A stretch of DNA of 63,316 nucleotides, the filler included, from Octopus bimaculoides (taxonomy: Eukaryota), in assembly GCF_001194135.2 (NCBI RefSeq). It is 5 parts of 5 records of this genome, joined end to end, with 100 filler letters (N's around TTAATTAATTAA, not from the genome) between each part and the next. Parts side by side here need not be neighbours in the genome. Positions count along the whole stretch, not along the records: positions 38,631 to 54,016 come from NC_068994.1; 4 more parts are not named here. One strand, given 5' to 3'. The notes under the pieces are model-generated. The model saw only the letters and a program-made list of their open reading frames with translations. It made no database searches and was not told the DNA's origin. Both the position numbers and the translations under genes were made by a program. Below are positions 38,665-51,030 of this stretch, in pieces. Each line of letters opens with the position of its first letter. Position 1 is the stretch's first letter.

Positions 38665-40514
38665 CATTACTTTAATATATATATGTGTGTGTGTATTTAA
38701 TATATATTCAGATTTTCCATTGAAAGCACGTTTGTGTATGTGTGTGTGTTTCATTGAAAACCCCCTATGCAGAAATAGTTGATTGTATGTGTGTAGTGAA
38801 ACTGACATTTGTTTTTTTGTTCTTTCTTTCTTTCTTTCTTTATTTATTTATACATCATCATTACAAGTAAATGTTTCCTAATTCGTTTTCGTTAATATGT
38901 AATGCTGCTGTTTTCCGTCTCCGACCGACCTTTCATATATTTTTTTCTCTCACCAACACGCGTATTAACAGTGTCAATGATAAGATTGTATATATTTTCT
39001 ACTGACAACAAACTAATACATTCAAGTGTTTATAGTTAGTGATTTATATTTTCATCTACACACATACTAACAGACAGAGTTTGTGCGTCTGTTTATAGAG
39101 TTCTGAAAACTTGAAATCGGCGGCGATTTACAAGGAATTTTTCAGTGTTTCTTCCAGGTCAGGATCACTTTATATATCTCTATATCCCATATATATATAT
39201 CAATCTGATTAATCACGTAATACTCAATCTATCATAAGAGAAAAAAAAAATGACTGCAGTACCCGGTTTGATGCAACGAAACAGCAAAATTATATTTAGA
39301 GAGAGAAAAAGAGACTATATTTAGACACCAAATATTTGTTTGGTATAATTTACGGATGTCGTAGGAAAAAAATATTGTTATTTGTTTTAATTCTGTTCTT
39401 TGAATGATTATGACTGTTGTTGTTTAGTCCCAAAGTCGTCCTTGATTGTGTTAACCTGCAGTTCTTAATTAAGAGATATCCCTTTCTTTTACACACTCAT
39501 ACACACACACACACACAAGTAGAGGACATTTGGGGAATTTCAATGTGGCAATTGTAGTTTATTATTATTTGCATTACTGCTTTTGCTACTTGTTATTTAA
39601 TTATCCTAATGTTTTTATTTTAAGGGTTACTAATGTTAAATTGATATTAAAGGTGTTTAATGTATGTTGTGCAATAAACTGCGTTGTATACAAAACTACT
39701 TTGACATAGGACAGGCCCAGAACACCAAATTCCTTTCTCCCCCACGTCACTACGAACTTCATTAGTGTCCCTTGAGACAACTCTTTCCGATGTGTCCTTT
39801 TTAAAGATCGCAGTATGCATTATTTGGAAGATTTGGCTGCTGTTTCTTGCAGTGTGCATGTATCTGTTTTTCGCTAAAATCATTGGTAACACTATTCTTA
39901 AAGTATTTAACAAAACAAGGAACGACTGTCATAATGCCCACTTCTCTCTCTCCACTAGAACGTTAAATGTTATACATGAATATGTAAAAACAGAAGTATG
40001 TAAAGTATGTGAAACTAATGAATGTGCTTCTACAAGGTCGCTGGGCCTCCTAGAAGTAGCAGCCAAACATCTTTCGCTTACACCTTACTGCATTACATAT
40101 ATACTATATCTGAAAAGCAAAAACGAAATGGTCAAATGGTCACAAGCTGGGAGGTCTGTGGTCATCAGAGTTAACTTGAGGCTAAGCATCAGTTTGTGAA
40201 ATTCTTCTATCAAGAAATATTTATAGATTTGTCATTTGCTCATAAATATTGAAGCTGGTCTTCTCTTCAAATGTCTCCATTATAGCTCTGATTACAACCC
40301 TACTTTGGTTCTTCAGTTAGAAATAGCATAGAACTCTGTTCTCTTCAGATATACAGGGTCTCTTTGTTTTCAATTTTGTTAAATAGATTAAAGCTTCCAG
40401 ATCAGCCCTGATCAAGCAGAGTTATGATCAGAAACATTCTAACCGTGACCATCCTGTCTTTTTAAGAGGTGTCTAAGTTTACATTAATTACAATGTTTCC
40501 TTCCCATTTAATAG

Positions 40515-40670
40515 GGTGTAGTTGTGTAGTTGATCGGCTTGCTTCCCAGTCATGTGGTCTCTGGTTCAGTCCCACTATTTGACACCTTGAACCAGTGTCT
40601 TATAGCCCCGGGCCAACTAAAGCCTTGTGAGTGGATTTGGTTGACAGAAACTGATAGGAGCTTGTCGTGT
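40515..40670 (+). mobile_element. Old SINE family B 5' half with CpG decay
   Basis: gcttgcttcccagtcatgtgg..ggttcagtcccact..ccttgtgagtggatttgg. Confidence 0.75.
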
Positions 40671-40679
40671 GTGTGTGCT

Positions 40680-41160
40680 CTTGTCTTGATATCATGTGAT
40701 GGTGGTAAATGAGCATCACTGTCATACAAGCAGTGTTGTTTGTTTCCAGTCTTCTGTTGAAAGCATGTTTGAACATAGGAAATATTACCTTGCTTAAAAA
40801 CAGATTAGTTGGCTGCAGGAAAGGCATCCAGCCATAGAAATGTCTACCTCAACAAAGTCTGTCTGACCCACACTAGCATGGAAAAGTGGATGTTAAATGA
40901 TGAATATTGATGATGTGTGTGTGTGTGTGTGTACACCCTTGTCTTAACATCATGTGATTATTATAAAGAAGTGTCACTGTTATACAAGCGATGTTGTTTG
41001 TTTCTAGTCATCCACAAAAAACATGCCTAACCATGGGAAATATTACCTTGCTTGGAAACTAGGTAGGGTCTGCAACAGGAAGGGCATTGAGCTGTAGAAA
41101 ACCTGCCTCCACAAAATTCTGTCTGACCTATGCAAACATGGAAAAAAAGGACATTAAATA
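40680..41160 (+). mobile_element. Two tandem copies of repeat family E with RTE-like 3' tail
   Basis: atcatgtga..catacaagc..atattaccttgctt..caggaagggcat..gtagaaa..gacc..gcatggaaaa occurs at about 40680-40915 and 40935-41160. Confidence 0.75.
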
Positions 41161-41742
41161 GTAATAACACTGTTTAACACAATTTTTGTCCTTGGGTAGC
41201 AACTATTATTTCCTATTTGCTTTCCCCAAGAAAGTATGAAAATGGCTAATATTTCCTTCAAACTTTGCTTTTGTTACATTTATTCAAACCCCAAAGAATC
41301 CCTCTCAACACATGGCTATGATGTTCACCCACTATTCCTGCTCATATTGTCAGCCACTAAGGTACATTGCTCAACTGGTTACAGTCAAACATCTGACAAG
41401 CAAATTTGTGCTATTGGGCAGAACATTTGCTATAACGATATCTCTACTTCTGCAATTCAACAACTGAATCTGTCTGAAATTTAATGGAAAATAGATCAGT
41501 TTGAAAACATTGATGTCCAGGTCACTAACGCAAAGTTTGAAGGGAATAATAATGATTTCTTTAGATTTCTAAATAGAAGCAAATAACACTTATTGATTTT
41601 CTAGATAGAATCAAATAACACTTATTGAACAAAAACAAAAAAAATTCAAATTCTGTTACAGTGTAATAATTTGTGAGAGATTTTGGCTGCTTTTTTAATC
41701 GGAAATCAACTGTGGATAGTTCTTTTTGGCTATATGAGCAAC

Positions 41743-41973
41743 TTAATCTTTCAGCATTCAAACCGGCCATATCCAGCCCAAATATTCCACCTGTTTTAAG
41801 TTCAAACTGGCCAAATCCAGCTTCTCACACCTACCCAACAATGTTGTCATTCTAGAAATATGCAATTGCATCATCGAAATCTCGAAGCTATGAGACAAAG
41901 CATGATTAATTCAAAGCAATGTCAATACATAATCATTATATTTGGCAGAGTAATCTGAATGCTAAAGGGTTAA
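41743..41973. mobile_element. TTAA-flanked piggyBac-type MITE (family G)
   Basis: Left ttaatctttcagcattca, right tgaatgctaaagggttaa (imperfect TIR with TTAA at both ends); five copies in this segment. Confidence 0.8.
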
Positions 41974-42104
41974 GCATTTGTGACTGTCTTATATAGTAGA
42001 GATAGATAACAGGAAAACGCATTTTCAACTCTCACTGACATCATTCTAATCAAGAAAAGCAAAACCCACTCAGTCATCTTTCTTTCACTATTACCCATCC
42101 ACCC

Positions 42105-42478
42105 GTGGAGGCACAATGGCCCAGTGGTTAGGGCAGCGGAGTCGCAGTCATAGGATCGCGGTTTCGATTCCCAGACCGGGCGTTGTGAGTGTTTATTGAG
42201 CGAAAGCACCTAAAGCTCCACAAGGCTCCAGCAGGGGATGGTGGTGAACCCTGTTGTACTCTTTCACCACAACTTTCTCTCACTCTTACTTCCTGTTTCT
42301 GTTGTGCCTGTAATTCAAAGGGTCAGCCTTGTCACGCTGAATATCCCCAAGAACTACGTTAAGGGTACACGTGTCTGTGGAGTGCTCAACCACTTGCACG
42401 TTAATTTCACGAGCAGACTGTTCCGTTGATCGGATCAACTGGAACCCTCAACATCATAAGCGACTGAGTGCCAACAAT
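42105..42478 (+). mobile_element. SINE family A subtype 1, full length with 10-bp TSD
   Basis: A/B boxes, complete 3' tail ending gtgccaacaa; TSD CCATCCACCC at 42095-42104 and 42479-42488. Confidence 0.95.
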
Positions 42479-43164
42479 CCATCCACCCACTATTCTTGGG
42501 TGTATCACCAGGGTAGAGACACCTGGCACCTCTTCCACAGGGTCCTATCAGAAGTAAATATCATTACACTTTCTGGCTGAATTCCTAAGCATGACCAATT
42601 GAGACAATGGATATTATCCAACATCTCATTCTTGGTCTACTGCTAGATCCAATGGTGTAGCTAGAGTGTGTGCCACCTGGGGTGACTCTTCAGTTTTCCA
42701 CTCTTGGGCCCCCACAAAAAATACATATTGCATGGTGACAATATCAATTGTTGTATTTAACAGTGAGTAGGGTCCATATCCCAACATTAAAACCACTATT
42801 ATCTAATTTCAATCCAGCCTATACAAGCTTATAGCCTACAACAGACCGTAAAGTGGTGCCATCCCCATAAAAGTGCCACTCCAGGCAGACCACCACCTCT
42901 AGCTACACTTGTGACTAGATCTCCTGCTGGTTGGCTCAGCTTGAAGAATCAGTCTTGTGATGTTTTTCTGTTACATTCTAATCATCTCCCCAGTTCTAGT
43001 TTCAGTCATTGAGTTCTGGCAGCACTATCTACAAGGGTTTTAGTCAGTGATATCAACCTTTACATTTATTTCATTCTCATACTATTTTATCAATTTCTGT
43101 TTAACATAAAAGGACACAACATAAGTTTACATTGATTAAAAGAAACACACACACACACATGTAT

Positions 43165-43517
43165 ATAGGCACAGGTGTGGTTGTATAAAAAGAGGCTTGC
43201 TTTCCAACCACATGGTTCTGGGTTCAGTCCCATTGCATGGCACCTTGGACAAGTGTCTTCTACTATAGCCTCAGGCTAATCAAAGCCTTGTGAATGGATT
43301 TGGTGGACAGAAACCGAAACTGTCATATGTGTGTCTATGTTTGTCCCTTACCACTGCTTGGCAACCAGTGTTGGTGCCTAAACGTTCCCATAACTTTGTT
43401 CAGTAAAAGAGACTGACAGATTAAGTGCCAGACTTAAAAGAAAACAAAAAATGCTAGGGTCAATTCATTTAATTAAAAATTCTTCAAGTCTAGTGACTGA
43501 AATAAGTAAAAGATAAA
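43165..43517 (+). mobile_element. Old SINE family B copy, CpG-decayed
   Basis: Both halves recognisable; consensus CG positions appear as TG/CA (e.g. gagactgacaga versus gagaccgataga). Confidence 0.8.
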
Positions 43518-43794
43518 GCATTGACTGTAGTAGAAGACACTTGCGCAAGGTATTTTGCAGTGAAATTGAACCTGTGTGTAGATTAATTACACAAACCTTT
43601 GCAAAGGTGAAGTATTGTACTTGAAATTGAAGATAAGATGAGAATATGCTCCTTTTCCAAGTATCTCAATTAATGTGTGGTCAGTGTCTCATGTTTTAAT
43701 AAGTGTTTGAAAGCGTGTCCAAGCAATAAAACAGTGCCATCCTACCTCTGTACAATTGTGTATGCATCTATATACGTATGTATGTTTTATATTT

Positions 43795-43990
43795 TACCTT
43801 TTACTTGTTTCAGTCATTAGACTATGGCCATGGTGGGGCACCACCTTGTATTTTTTTAGTCAAATGAATCGACCCTAGGTACTTATTTTTTGTTGAGTCA
43901 GGTGCTTATTCTATCAGTTAATTTTGCTGAATCACTAAGAGTGGGGGCACTAACATATCAAAACCGGTTGTCTAACGGGAGTGAGGAGCA
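43795..43990 (-). mobile_element. SINE family B 3' half
   Basis: ttttacttgtttcagtcattagactatggccatg..gaatcgaccc..cttattctatc. Confidence 0.75.
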
Positions 43991-44235
43991 GACGCACACA
44001 CACACACACACATGTAAAAGTCAAATAATGAAAATGAGTGCTCAACACTGCAATGGTGGATATAACTTCTTTATTTGTGAATTAAGGCTACCATTGGTTT
44101 CATCTTAAGAAAAGTAGGAAAATATCCTAATGTCTTAACAATTTTTCAAGCCAATCATATGGGGAAAGGTGTTTACCTCAATTTTGGAAAAACACAGCCT
44201 TATATAAAAAGAGAGAAATAACTGAAGTAATTTGC

Positions 44236-44455
44236 TTAACCTTTTAGTACTGAAACTGACCATATCCGGCCCAAATATTCTACCTCCTTTATGTTCAAAC
44301 TGGTCTGATCCTACCTCACATCTATCTGTCAATGTCATTCTTAAAATAAACAATCACACCATCAAAACCTCAAAGCTATGAGATAATCCATGATGAACTC
44401 AAAAGAATGTGAATTGGTATATATTACATTTGACGATAATCTGAATGCTAAAGGG
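44236..44455. mobile_element. MITE family G copy
   Basis: ttaaccttttag..catatccggcccaaatattctacc..ctgaatgctaaaggg. Confidence 0.75.
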
Positions 44456-44512
44456 ATCCTCAAAAAAACCATCAGTTTTAACTATTCCCCCCCCCTTTCT
44501 TGGACCTTTTAG

Positions 44513-44579
44513 TGCATGTGTTGGCTACCGCAACATAATACAACACATCACCTTGTTTCTCAATCCTGTATTACCTTAT
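44513..44579 (+). other. Possible 67-nt exon (unverified)
   Basis: ctttcttggaccttttAG acceptor, TAT|GTAAGT donor; open frame ACVGYRNIIQHITLFLNPVLPY ends in phase 0. Confidence 0.25.
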
Positions 44580-45850
44580 GTAAGTTTCTTAGGTTTCCCA
44601 TCCTGTTTGTTGCATATTTTGATGAAACCTTATATAATGGCATTTCTATGTTGCTATGTGTGCATCCATTGTTTGAACTAACTTCTGGTTTAATCCTTTC
44701 TGTTGAAATACACCTTTGTTCCAGTTAATTTGGAAAAAAAAAATAGCGAAATAACTCATTGTGTTTGTAATATTAAATTAACATGAAATTTTGATGGAAT
44801 GCTTAGATTTAGGAAGTTTGTATCATCGACCCTGGGGTGGTTTCAGGCAGATTAGTATAAAAAATGGTTAAGCAGCTAGGTACTTTTCTTTTTTAGTGAA
44901 AAATTATGCTATCAGCCCCACCCCATAAAGTATTTTTGATGGTCTGTATTGAAAAAAAATGCTTGAAGTAAAAAACCATAATGGAACACAAGTGTAGCAA
45001 TCTTTTGCTTGTCCAAATCATTTTCATAAGTTTGCCCTAAATGTCCATGCTTGTTTTCAGACTTTTAGTTATTGAAGATTATTTTGCTTTAGTTGGTGGG
45101 TAATGTGTGGTCATGGAATGTATCTTATGCCATAAAGCCATGTGTTTTCACATGTGATCTCTCAGAGTGCATCATAAATAATATCTTATTACATATTTTA
45201 CAGTAGTGGTTAATGTTCCAGACACTTTCGGTACTAATGTCCTGGGCTTTTCATCATGATAGCACCCAAACCAATCTGCAGTTGGCCAGGATCTATATGC
45301 AGCTCTTCACCAAACATAGACAAACCTGTAACAGCATGATGAGGTTTTATTCAGCTGTAGATAAAAAATAACTGAAAGGAGCGATTATGTCATTCTTCTG
45401 GTTGAAGTTTATAAGGGACATTAAGTCACCTTTCTCTGCACATCAGTTTCTCCTTTATAACAGAACCATGCACAAACAATACCCCAGATTTGGAAATGTA
45501 GGGGTCAACCATCCTCAACTTCATGGGGTTTACCCTTTCCTACATTTTCCATCAGTGGTCAAAACCATGTCTTTTTTTTCATTGTCTCATAAGAACAGCC
45601 ACTCTGTTAAACCCAGCTAATTAGTACATAACTAGCTGGTTAGATAACTTACTGAAGTCGCTATTACAGATAATAAATGCATATACTATTGAAACTTTAT
45701 ACTTAATTTTTTATTTTAAATTTATCTATCCTATGATACTTAAAATCTGTTACAGTTAATTATAGCCATATTACCTCAGCTAGTTCTTTCTCACTCAGGC
45801 CCAGTGAAATCTGTTATTACTTCTTACAGAACTTATGGAGGTAATTAATA

Positions 45851-46244
45851 GCTCTTCTTGTTGTTGGCACTCTGCTGCTTACGACGTCAAGGGTTCCAGT
45901 TGATCCGATCAACGGAACAGCCTGCTCGTGAAATTAACGTGCAAGTGGCTGAACATTCCACAGACACGTGTACCCTTAACGTAGTTCTCGGGGATATTCA
46001 GCGTAACACAGTGTGACAAGGCTGACCCTTTGAATTACAGGTACAACAGAAACAGGAAGTAAGAGTGAGAGAAAGTTGTGGTGAAAGAGTACAGTAGGGT
46101 TCGCCACCATCCCCTGCCGGAGCCTCGTGGAGCTTTAGGTGTTTTCGCTCAATAAACACTCACAACGCCCGGTCTGGGAATCGAAACCGTGATCCTATGA
46201 CCGCGAGTCCGCTGCCCTAACCACTGGGCCATTGCACCTCCACT
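45851..46244 (-). mobile_element. SINE family A subtype 1, full length with 13-bp TSD
   Basis: Reverse complement of the 42105 copy; TSD GAGGTAATTAATA at 45838-45850 and 46245-46257. Confidence 0.95.
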
Positions 46245-46849
46245 GAGGTAATTAATAATCTCATTCTATCACTCACTGTTGAGGAAACTTGCTTGTAGTC
46301 TACCAACCTGACCTGCCAGACATAGTTTCCAAATCTCCCTTAAGTTACACTGTACTGCCTTGGAGAGAGAAGGACACATTGGATAATGTAATCCTAGATA
46401 TACATTGTCTAAGAGGAGGGGAACATTTTTGATCATAACTCTGTTACGTCAGGTTTGAGGTTAAATAACATCTCTGCTAGTAAGACTAGCTACATTCTCT
46501 TATCAGATTTATTACCTAACTTGAACGATTGTTTATCTACACACCCTGTTTCCCTCCCTCCCGCCTCTCTCTCTCCCTATCTCTAATCAAGACCTGCACA
46601 CTAAATCACTTATGTCCTAAGTATCTCTGCAATTTTTCTCGTTTTACTTCTCATTTATTTTATTAACATTTCCCATCCTGAGACTAATTAACAAAAAAAA
46701 AAAAAGAAAAGAAAAGTAAGAATGAAATGGTGAGATTACATAATGATGAGTGAGGAATACTTATGGCAATGATGATGATAATCTACCAGAAAATGGTAGG
46801 GCTTCATATAAATTATCATTTTCAAAGCTACAAGGACTGGCCTTGTAGG

Positions 46850-47225
46850 GTTTTCGAGCGAGATCGTTGCCAGTGCCCCTGGACTGGCTCTTGTGCGGGT
46901 GGCACATAAAAGACGCCATTTCGAGCATGGCCGTTTTCGTGCGGGTGACACGTAAAAGCACCCACTACACTCTCTGAGTGGTTGGCGTTAGGAAGGGCAT
47001 CCAGCTGTAGAAACTCTGCCAAATTAGNNNNNNNNNNGGTGACACGTAAAAGCACCCACTACACTCTCTGAGTGGTTGGCGTTAGGAAGGGCATCCAGCT
47101 GTAGAAACTCTGCCAAATTAGATTGGAGCCTGGTGTAGCCATCCGGTTGCACCAGTCCTCAGTCAAATCGTCCAACCCATGCTAGCATGGAAAGCGGACG
47201 TTAAACGATGATGATGATGATGATG
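46850..47225 (+). mobile_element. Repeat with RTE-like 3' tail and (GAT)n end (family E related)
   Basis: ggttggcgttaggaagggcatccagctgtagaaa..cccatgctagcatggaaagcggacgttaaac(gat)n; 5' part shares the gttgccagtgcc..ggtggcac unit with 60090-60330. Confidence 0.8.
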
Positions 47226-47434
47226 AAAGCTAGTGAGAATGTTTCTATAATCTTCAGTACCACTATGTTGGGAAGTTCAATAGGTCAATTCCTTCTCAAA
47301 TTCCTGACAAAGCCAAATTCTTTCTTCTTCCTTGCCATCCTCAAGGACAATGTCTTTTTCATTTTGTCTACTGGAACCAGGGAAGTAAATTGCGACGACA
47401 TTTAATCACAGATTTCGTGGAAAAGACCATTTTA

Positions 47435-47750
47435 GTGTTTAGAGCAATGGGCTCACAATCACGAGATAGTGAGTTCGATTCCCAGAATGGGCTGTGTGTT
47501 CTGTTCTTGAGCATGACATTTTATTTCACGTTGCTCCAGTTCACTCAGCTGTAGAAATGAGTTGTGACATCACTGGTGCCAAGCTGTATCAGCATTTGCC
47601 TTTCCCTTGGATGACATTGGCGGCGTGTAGAAGGGAGGCTGGTATGCATGGACGACTGCTGGTCCTCCATAAACAACCTGGCCCAAACTTGTGCCTTGAA
47701 AAGTAACTTTCTAGGTGCAATCCCATGACTGAAAGGGGTCGTTACCCTTT
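47435..47750 (+). mobile_element. SINE family C (CORE-like), second copy
   Basis: gggctcacaatc..gagttcgattccc..ttcttgagca..ttatttcacgttgctccagttcactcagctgtagaaatgag. Confidence 0.8.
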
Positions 47751-47754
47751 ACTC

Positions 47755-47978
47755 TTAACCTTCTAACATTTAAATTGACCATATCCAGCCGAAGTAATCT
47801 GTTTTACCTTCGAACTAGCCAGATCCAGCCTCTCACACTTACCCTAAAGTGTTATTCTAAAAATAAACAATCATGTCATTGAAATCTTAAAACTACAAGG
47901 TAATGCATGACTAATTCATATCAATGTGAATAAATAAGCATTATGTCTGACACAGAAATCTGAATGTTGAAGGTTTAA
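47755..47978. mobile_element. MITE family G copy
   Basis: TTAA at 47755-47758 and 47975-47978; internal sequence matches 41743. Confidence 0.75.
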
Positions 47979-48429
47979 ATAATGTAACTCAACAGATACA
48001 TTTATTGTTACAGTTCCTATCTCTCAGTCTTTTTTTTTTCTTTTAATTTTTTTATCAACTAATGACACTATCCATTTGATACAATATTTTAATTAGTATC
48101 TATATTTAAATTAATATAACCAGGACATGAAACTTCATAATGGCAGGATAATTACAAGAGCATTGATGATGTCTGCTCTGATTACCACAAACTACTTAAA
48201 TTATGCTTTGAGGTTGATAACTTGAATAAAAATTAATTACGTTCCTTCATTGTGGCTTACATTTTAAAACAAACAATCCCATAAGCATTCATGATACTAA
48301 TATTGTTACATTTAGAAATTAGGAAATCAGCAGTTGTCCTACTAAATGTATCATGTCAACATGACATCATATCAATAAGATTGAGTATAAGAAGGTCTGA
48401 ACAAATAACTTTGTATCAATATGGTTTGA

Positions 48430-48706
48430 GTGGAGGCACAATGGCCCAGTGGTTAGGGCAGCAGACTCGCGGTCATAGGATCGCAGTTTCGATTCCCAGA
48501 CCGGGCGTTGTGAGTGTTTACTGAGTGAAAAACACCTAAAGCTCCACGAGGCTCCAGCAGGGGATGGTGGCAAACCCTGCTGTACTCTTCCACCACAACT
48601 TTCTCTCACTCTTACTTCCTGTTTCTGTTGTGCCTGTAATCCAATGGGTCAGCCTTGTCACACTGTGTCACGCTGAATATCCCCGAGAACTACGTTAAGG
48701 GTACAC
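48430..48706 (+). mobile_element. SINE family A subtype 1, 3'-truncated
   Basis: Head and body match 42105 up to gttaagggtacac. Confidence 0.9.
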
Positions 48707-49140
48707 CATTTGGTTTTTGGGTGACTTCAGAGGACCCCATTCTGTTCCAGGCACTCAAATTCTCTCTCTGGTTTGAAGATATGTTCTTATGCTTGTAATC
48801 TTCAAAAGGCCTCCCAAGAATTGGTGAAAACAATTTAGCTAGTGTTCAGATAGAGTTACCTGCGAGCTGACGGACGCAGAGAGAGAATTCAAAAAAGTTG
48901 ATATTCTGGAGATGACGGATCATGACTTGTTATTCCTATGAGGGATTCCTGTTGGGAGAAACATAAGTTAGACGAGGTAGGGAGAAATGGGTGAGTTAGC
49001 TTGACTTGGGTGGAAGTGGTATGCCACAGACTAGCTCTGCAAAGCAGAAAATATTGCAGTAGCAGTGGACAAGCCAGGACAAAGAGACAGTATCTCTGTG
49101 GGCTAGAGATTGGTTCCACATTTGGTACAAAGCCAGCAAT

Positions 49141-49317
49141 TTTGGGGAGGGTTAAGTTAATTACATCAACCCCCCAGTACTCAACTGGTACTTATTTTAT
49201 CGACCCTAAAAAGCAAAGTCAACCCTCAGTAGAATTTGAACTCAGTACATGAAGACGGATGAAATCCCGCTGAGCATTTTGCCTGGCGTGCTAATGATTT
49301 TGCCAATTCACCACCTT
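49141..49317 (-). mobile_element. SINE family D copy
   Basis: ccccagtactcaactggtacttattttatcgaccc..aatttgaactcag..gctgagcattttgcctggcgtgctaatgattttgccaattcaccacctt. Confidence 0.8.
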
Positions 49318-49676
49318 CTGTGAGCTATGGATTACAGCGAAGTGGGTTACTCTCTTACTTTATGGTCAAGCGCTAAGCAGTATTAAGAGCATCCAGTTAG
49401 TAAAATGAAGCACCTTTCCCAGCTCAACTAATAATACCATATACATGTCTGTGATGGTATAGACAAACATTACCATTATACAAGCTGTGTCCCTTGTTTC
49501 CGGTCTTTCATGAAAACATGTCTGGTCATGGGAAAATAGTTTGGGTTGGCAACAAGAGGGGCATGCAGCTGTAGAACATCTGTTTTAACCACACAGTCAC
49601 GCTTGTTGGTTTATAAAATTAACTTAAAGAGCAGACAGACTTTTTGAAAGCTTAGAGCTTCATAGGGAAAATTCAT

Positions 49677-49903
49677 TTAACCCTTTAACATTCAAACTGG
49701 TCATATCTGGCCAAACCTGCTACCTGTTTTATGTTCAAGCTGACCAAACCTGCTACCTGTTTTATGTTCAAGCTGACCAAACCTGCTACCTCTTGCATCT
49801 ACCCAACAATATCATTCTAAAAATTAAGTTACCTCATGAAACTCTTAAAATTACAAAATAAGCATTACTTTTTAACAGAATAATGTGAATGCTGAAGGGT
49901 TAA
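49677..49903. mobile_element. MITE family G copy with internal 33-bp tandem triplication
   Basis: ttaaccctttaacattc..gaatgctgaagggttaa; unit caaacctgctacctgttttatgttcaagctgac at 49712, 49745 and partially at 49778. Confidence 0.85.
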
Positions 49904-49984
49904 GTAAAAGAGCTTCTCCATAGGGAAAAGGTTAGGGACCACTGACATAGTCTTTCTTGTCCTCTTGTTTAGTTCTTTGCTGGT

Positions 49985-50205
49985 GATGTAGGAGTTTATA
50001 TTAGCAATTATATTTAACTAGCTTACAGAGTTATATTTGCTGACATACGGCTATATATCAGTAGTTATATTGACTGATATGCAGGTTATATTAGCTGTAA
50101 TATTAAGTGACATATGGGATTATAATAGCTGTTATAAGTTTAACAGACATATGTGGCTATATTAGTGGTTATATTAACTGTTGCATGAGGTTGTATTAGC
50201 TCTTT
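49985..50205. repeat. Degenerate 33-37-bp minisatellite
   Basis: Units starting about 50042, 50076, 50109, 50146 and 50180 share gacatatg.ggttatattagc.gttatattaact. Confidence 0.7.
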
Positions 50206-50399
50206 GATTAAGAAAATAGAGCTGTTGAATAGCAATCAAATAAGAGCTGTAAGAAAAAAAATGATTTTATCAATATTCAAAATCACATCTGATGTCAGGA
50301 AGCATTGAAATTTACAGTAAAATTTTATTTGCATTTAGCAGTATCAGAGTTTTCACTTGTGTTGATTTTTATTTCATAATTTGAAAAAGGCATTGGAAT

Positions 50400-50535
50400 A
50401 TATCATCATCATCATTATCTAACGTCCATCTTCCGTACTGGCATGGGTCAGTAGTAGACTATCAAACTCCAGTGCCTTCTTTTTCATGGCTTCTGTGGCT
50501 GGATGCCCTTCCTAATACCACTCACTTCCAAGTAT
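50400..50535 (-). mobile_element. Family E RTE-like tail fragment
   Basis: (atc)n..aacgtccatcttccgtactggcatgggtca..ggctggatgcccttcctaatacca. Confidence 0.7.
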
Positions 50536-50735
50536 TTTTTTCTCGTGGCACCCATACTAGTGAGGTCAAGTGGTAACTCACAAAACAAGCCTCCTTGATT
50601 TAGTGGAGGGCATATAGGGAAGGAGATAGCTTTATGCCAGATGTTGAGAGACTAAAGTATGGAGCAAGTGAAAGGTAATGGTAATATCTCATCACCACCA
50701 TTATCTATATATATATTTTTTTTTTTATTTTTTTA

Positions 50736-51030
50736 TGAGCCCTTTTAAAGCCTAGCCAGGCTCATGGGCCCGGTTTCCCAGTTTCTATGGTGTATGTGTT
50801 CTCCACCCCAGCTGGACAGGACGCCAGTCCATCGCAGCGTTACTCAAGAAATAGGAAGAAAGTTGGGATGAAAGAGTACAACAGGGGTCACCACCACCCC
50901 CTGCTAGAGCCTCATGGAGCATTAGGTGTTTTTGCTCAATAAACACACTCAATGCCCGGTCTGGGAATTGAAACCGCGATCCTCCAACTGCGAGTCCGCT
51001 GCCCTAACCACTGGGCCATTGCGCCTCCAC
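50736..51030 (-). mobile_element. SINE family A subtype 2 (V-domain-like)
   Basis: Reverse complement matches 34947-35250, including gctgcgatggactggcgtcc.gtccagc. Confidence 0.9.

Noticed and set aside
39765-40199. 144-aa plus ORF
   Set aside because: Non-ATG start, AT-rich, and includes an old repeat (tagaagtagcagccaaa) also seen near 19875 and 46320.
45205-45290. WSC-domain-like GCYHD..RTL peptide on the minus strand
   Set aside because: The remaining WSC cysteines are missing and the frame closes soon after.
46944-47121. 84-bp exact tandem duplication (46944-47027 and 47038-47121)
   Set aside because: Copies flank a 10-N gap; typical unmerged contig overlap.
48860-48948. Minus-strand exon-like segment (cccaacAG .. 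CAG|GTAACT)
   Set aside because: All three frames contain stops and it opposes the other exon candidates in this segment; at most a non-coding exon.
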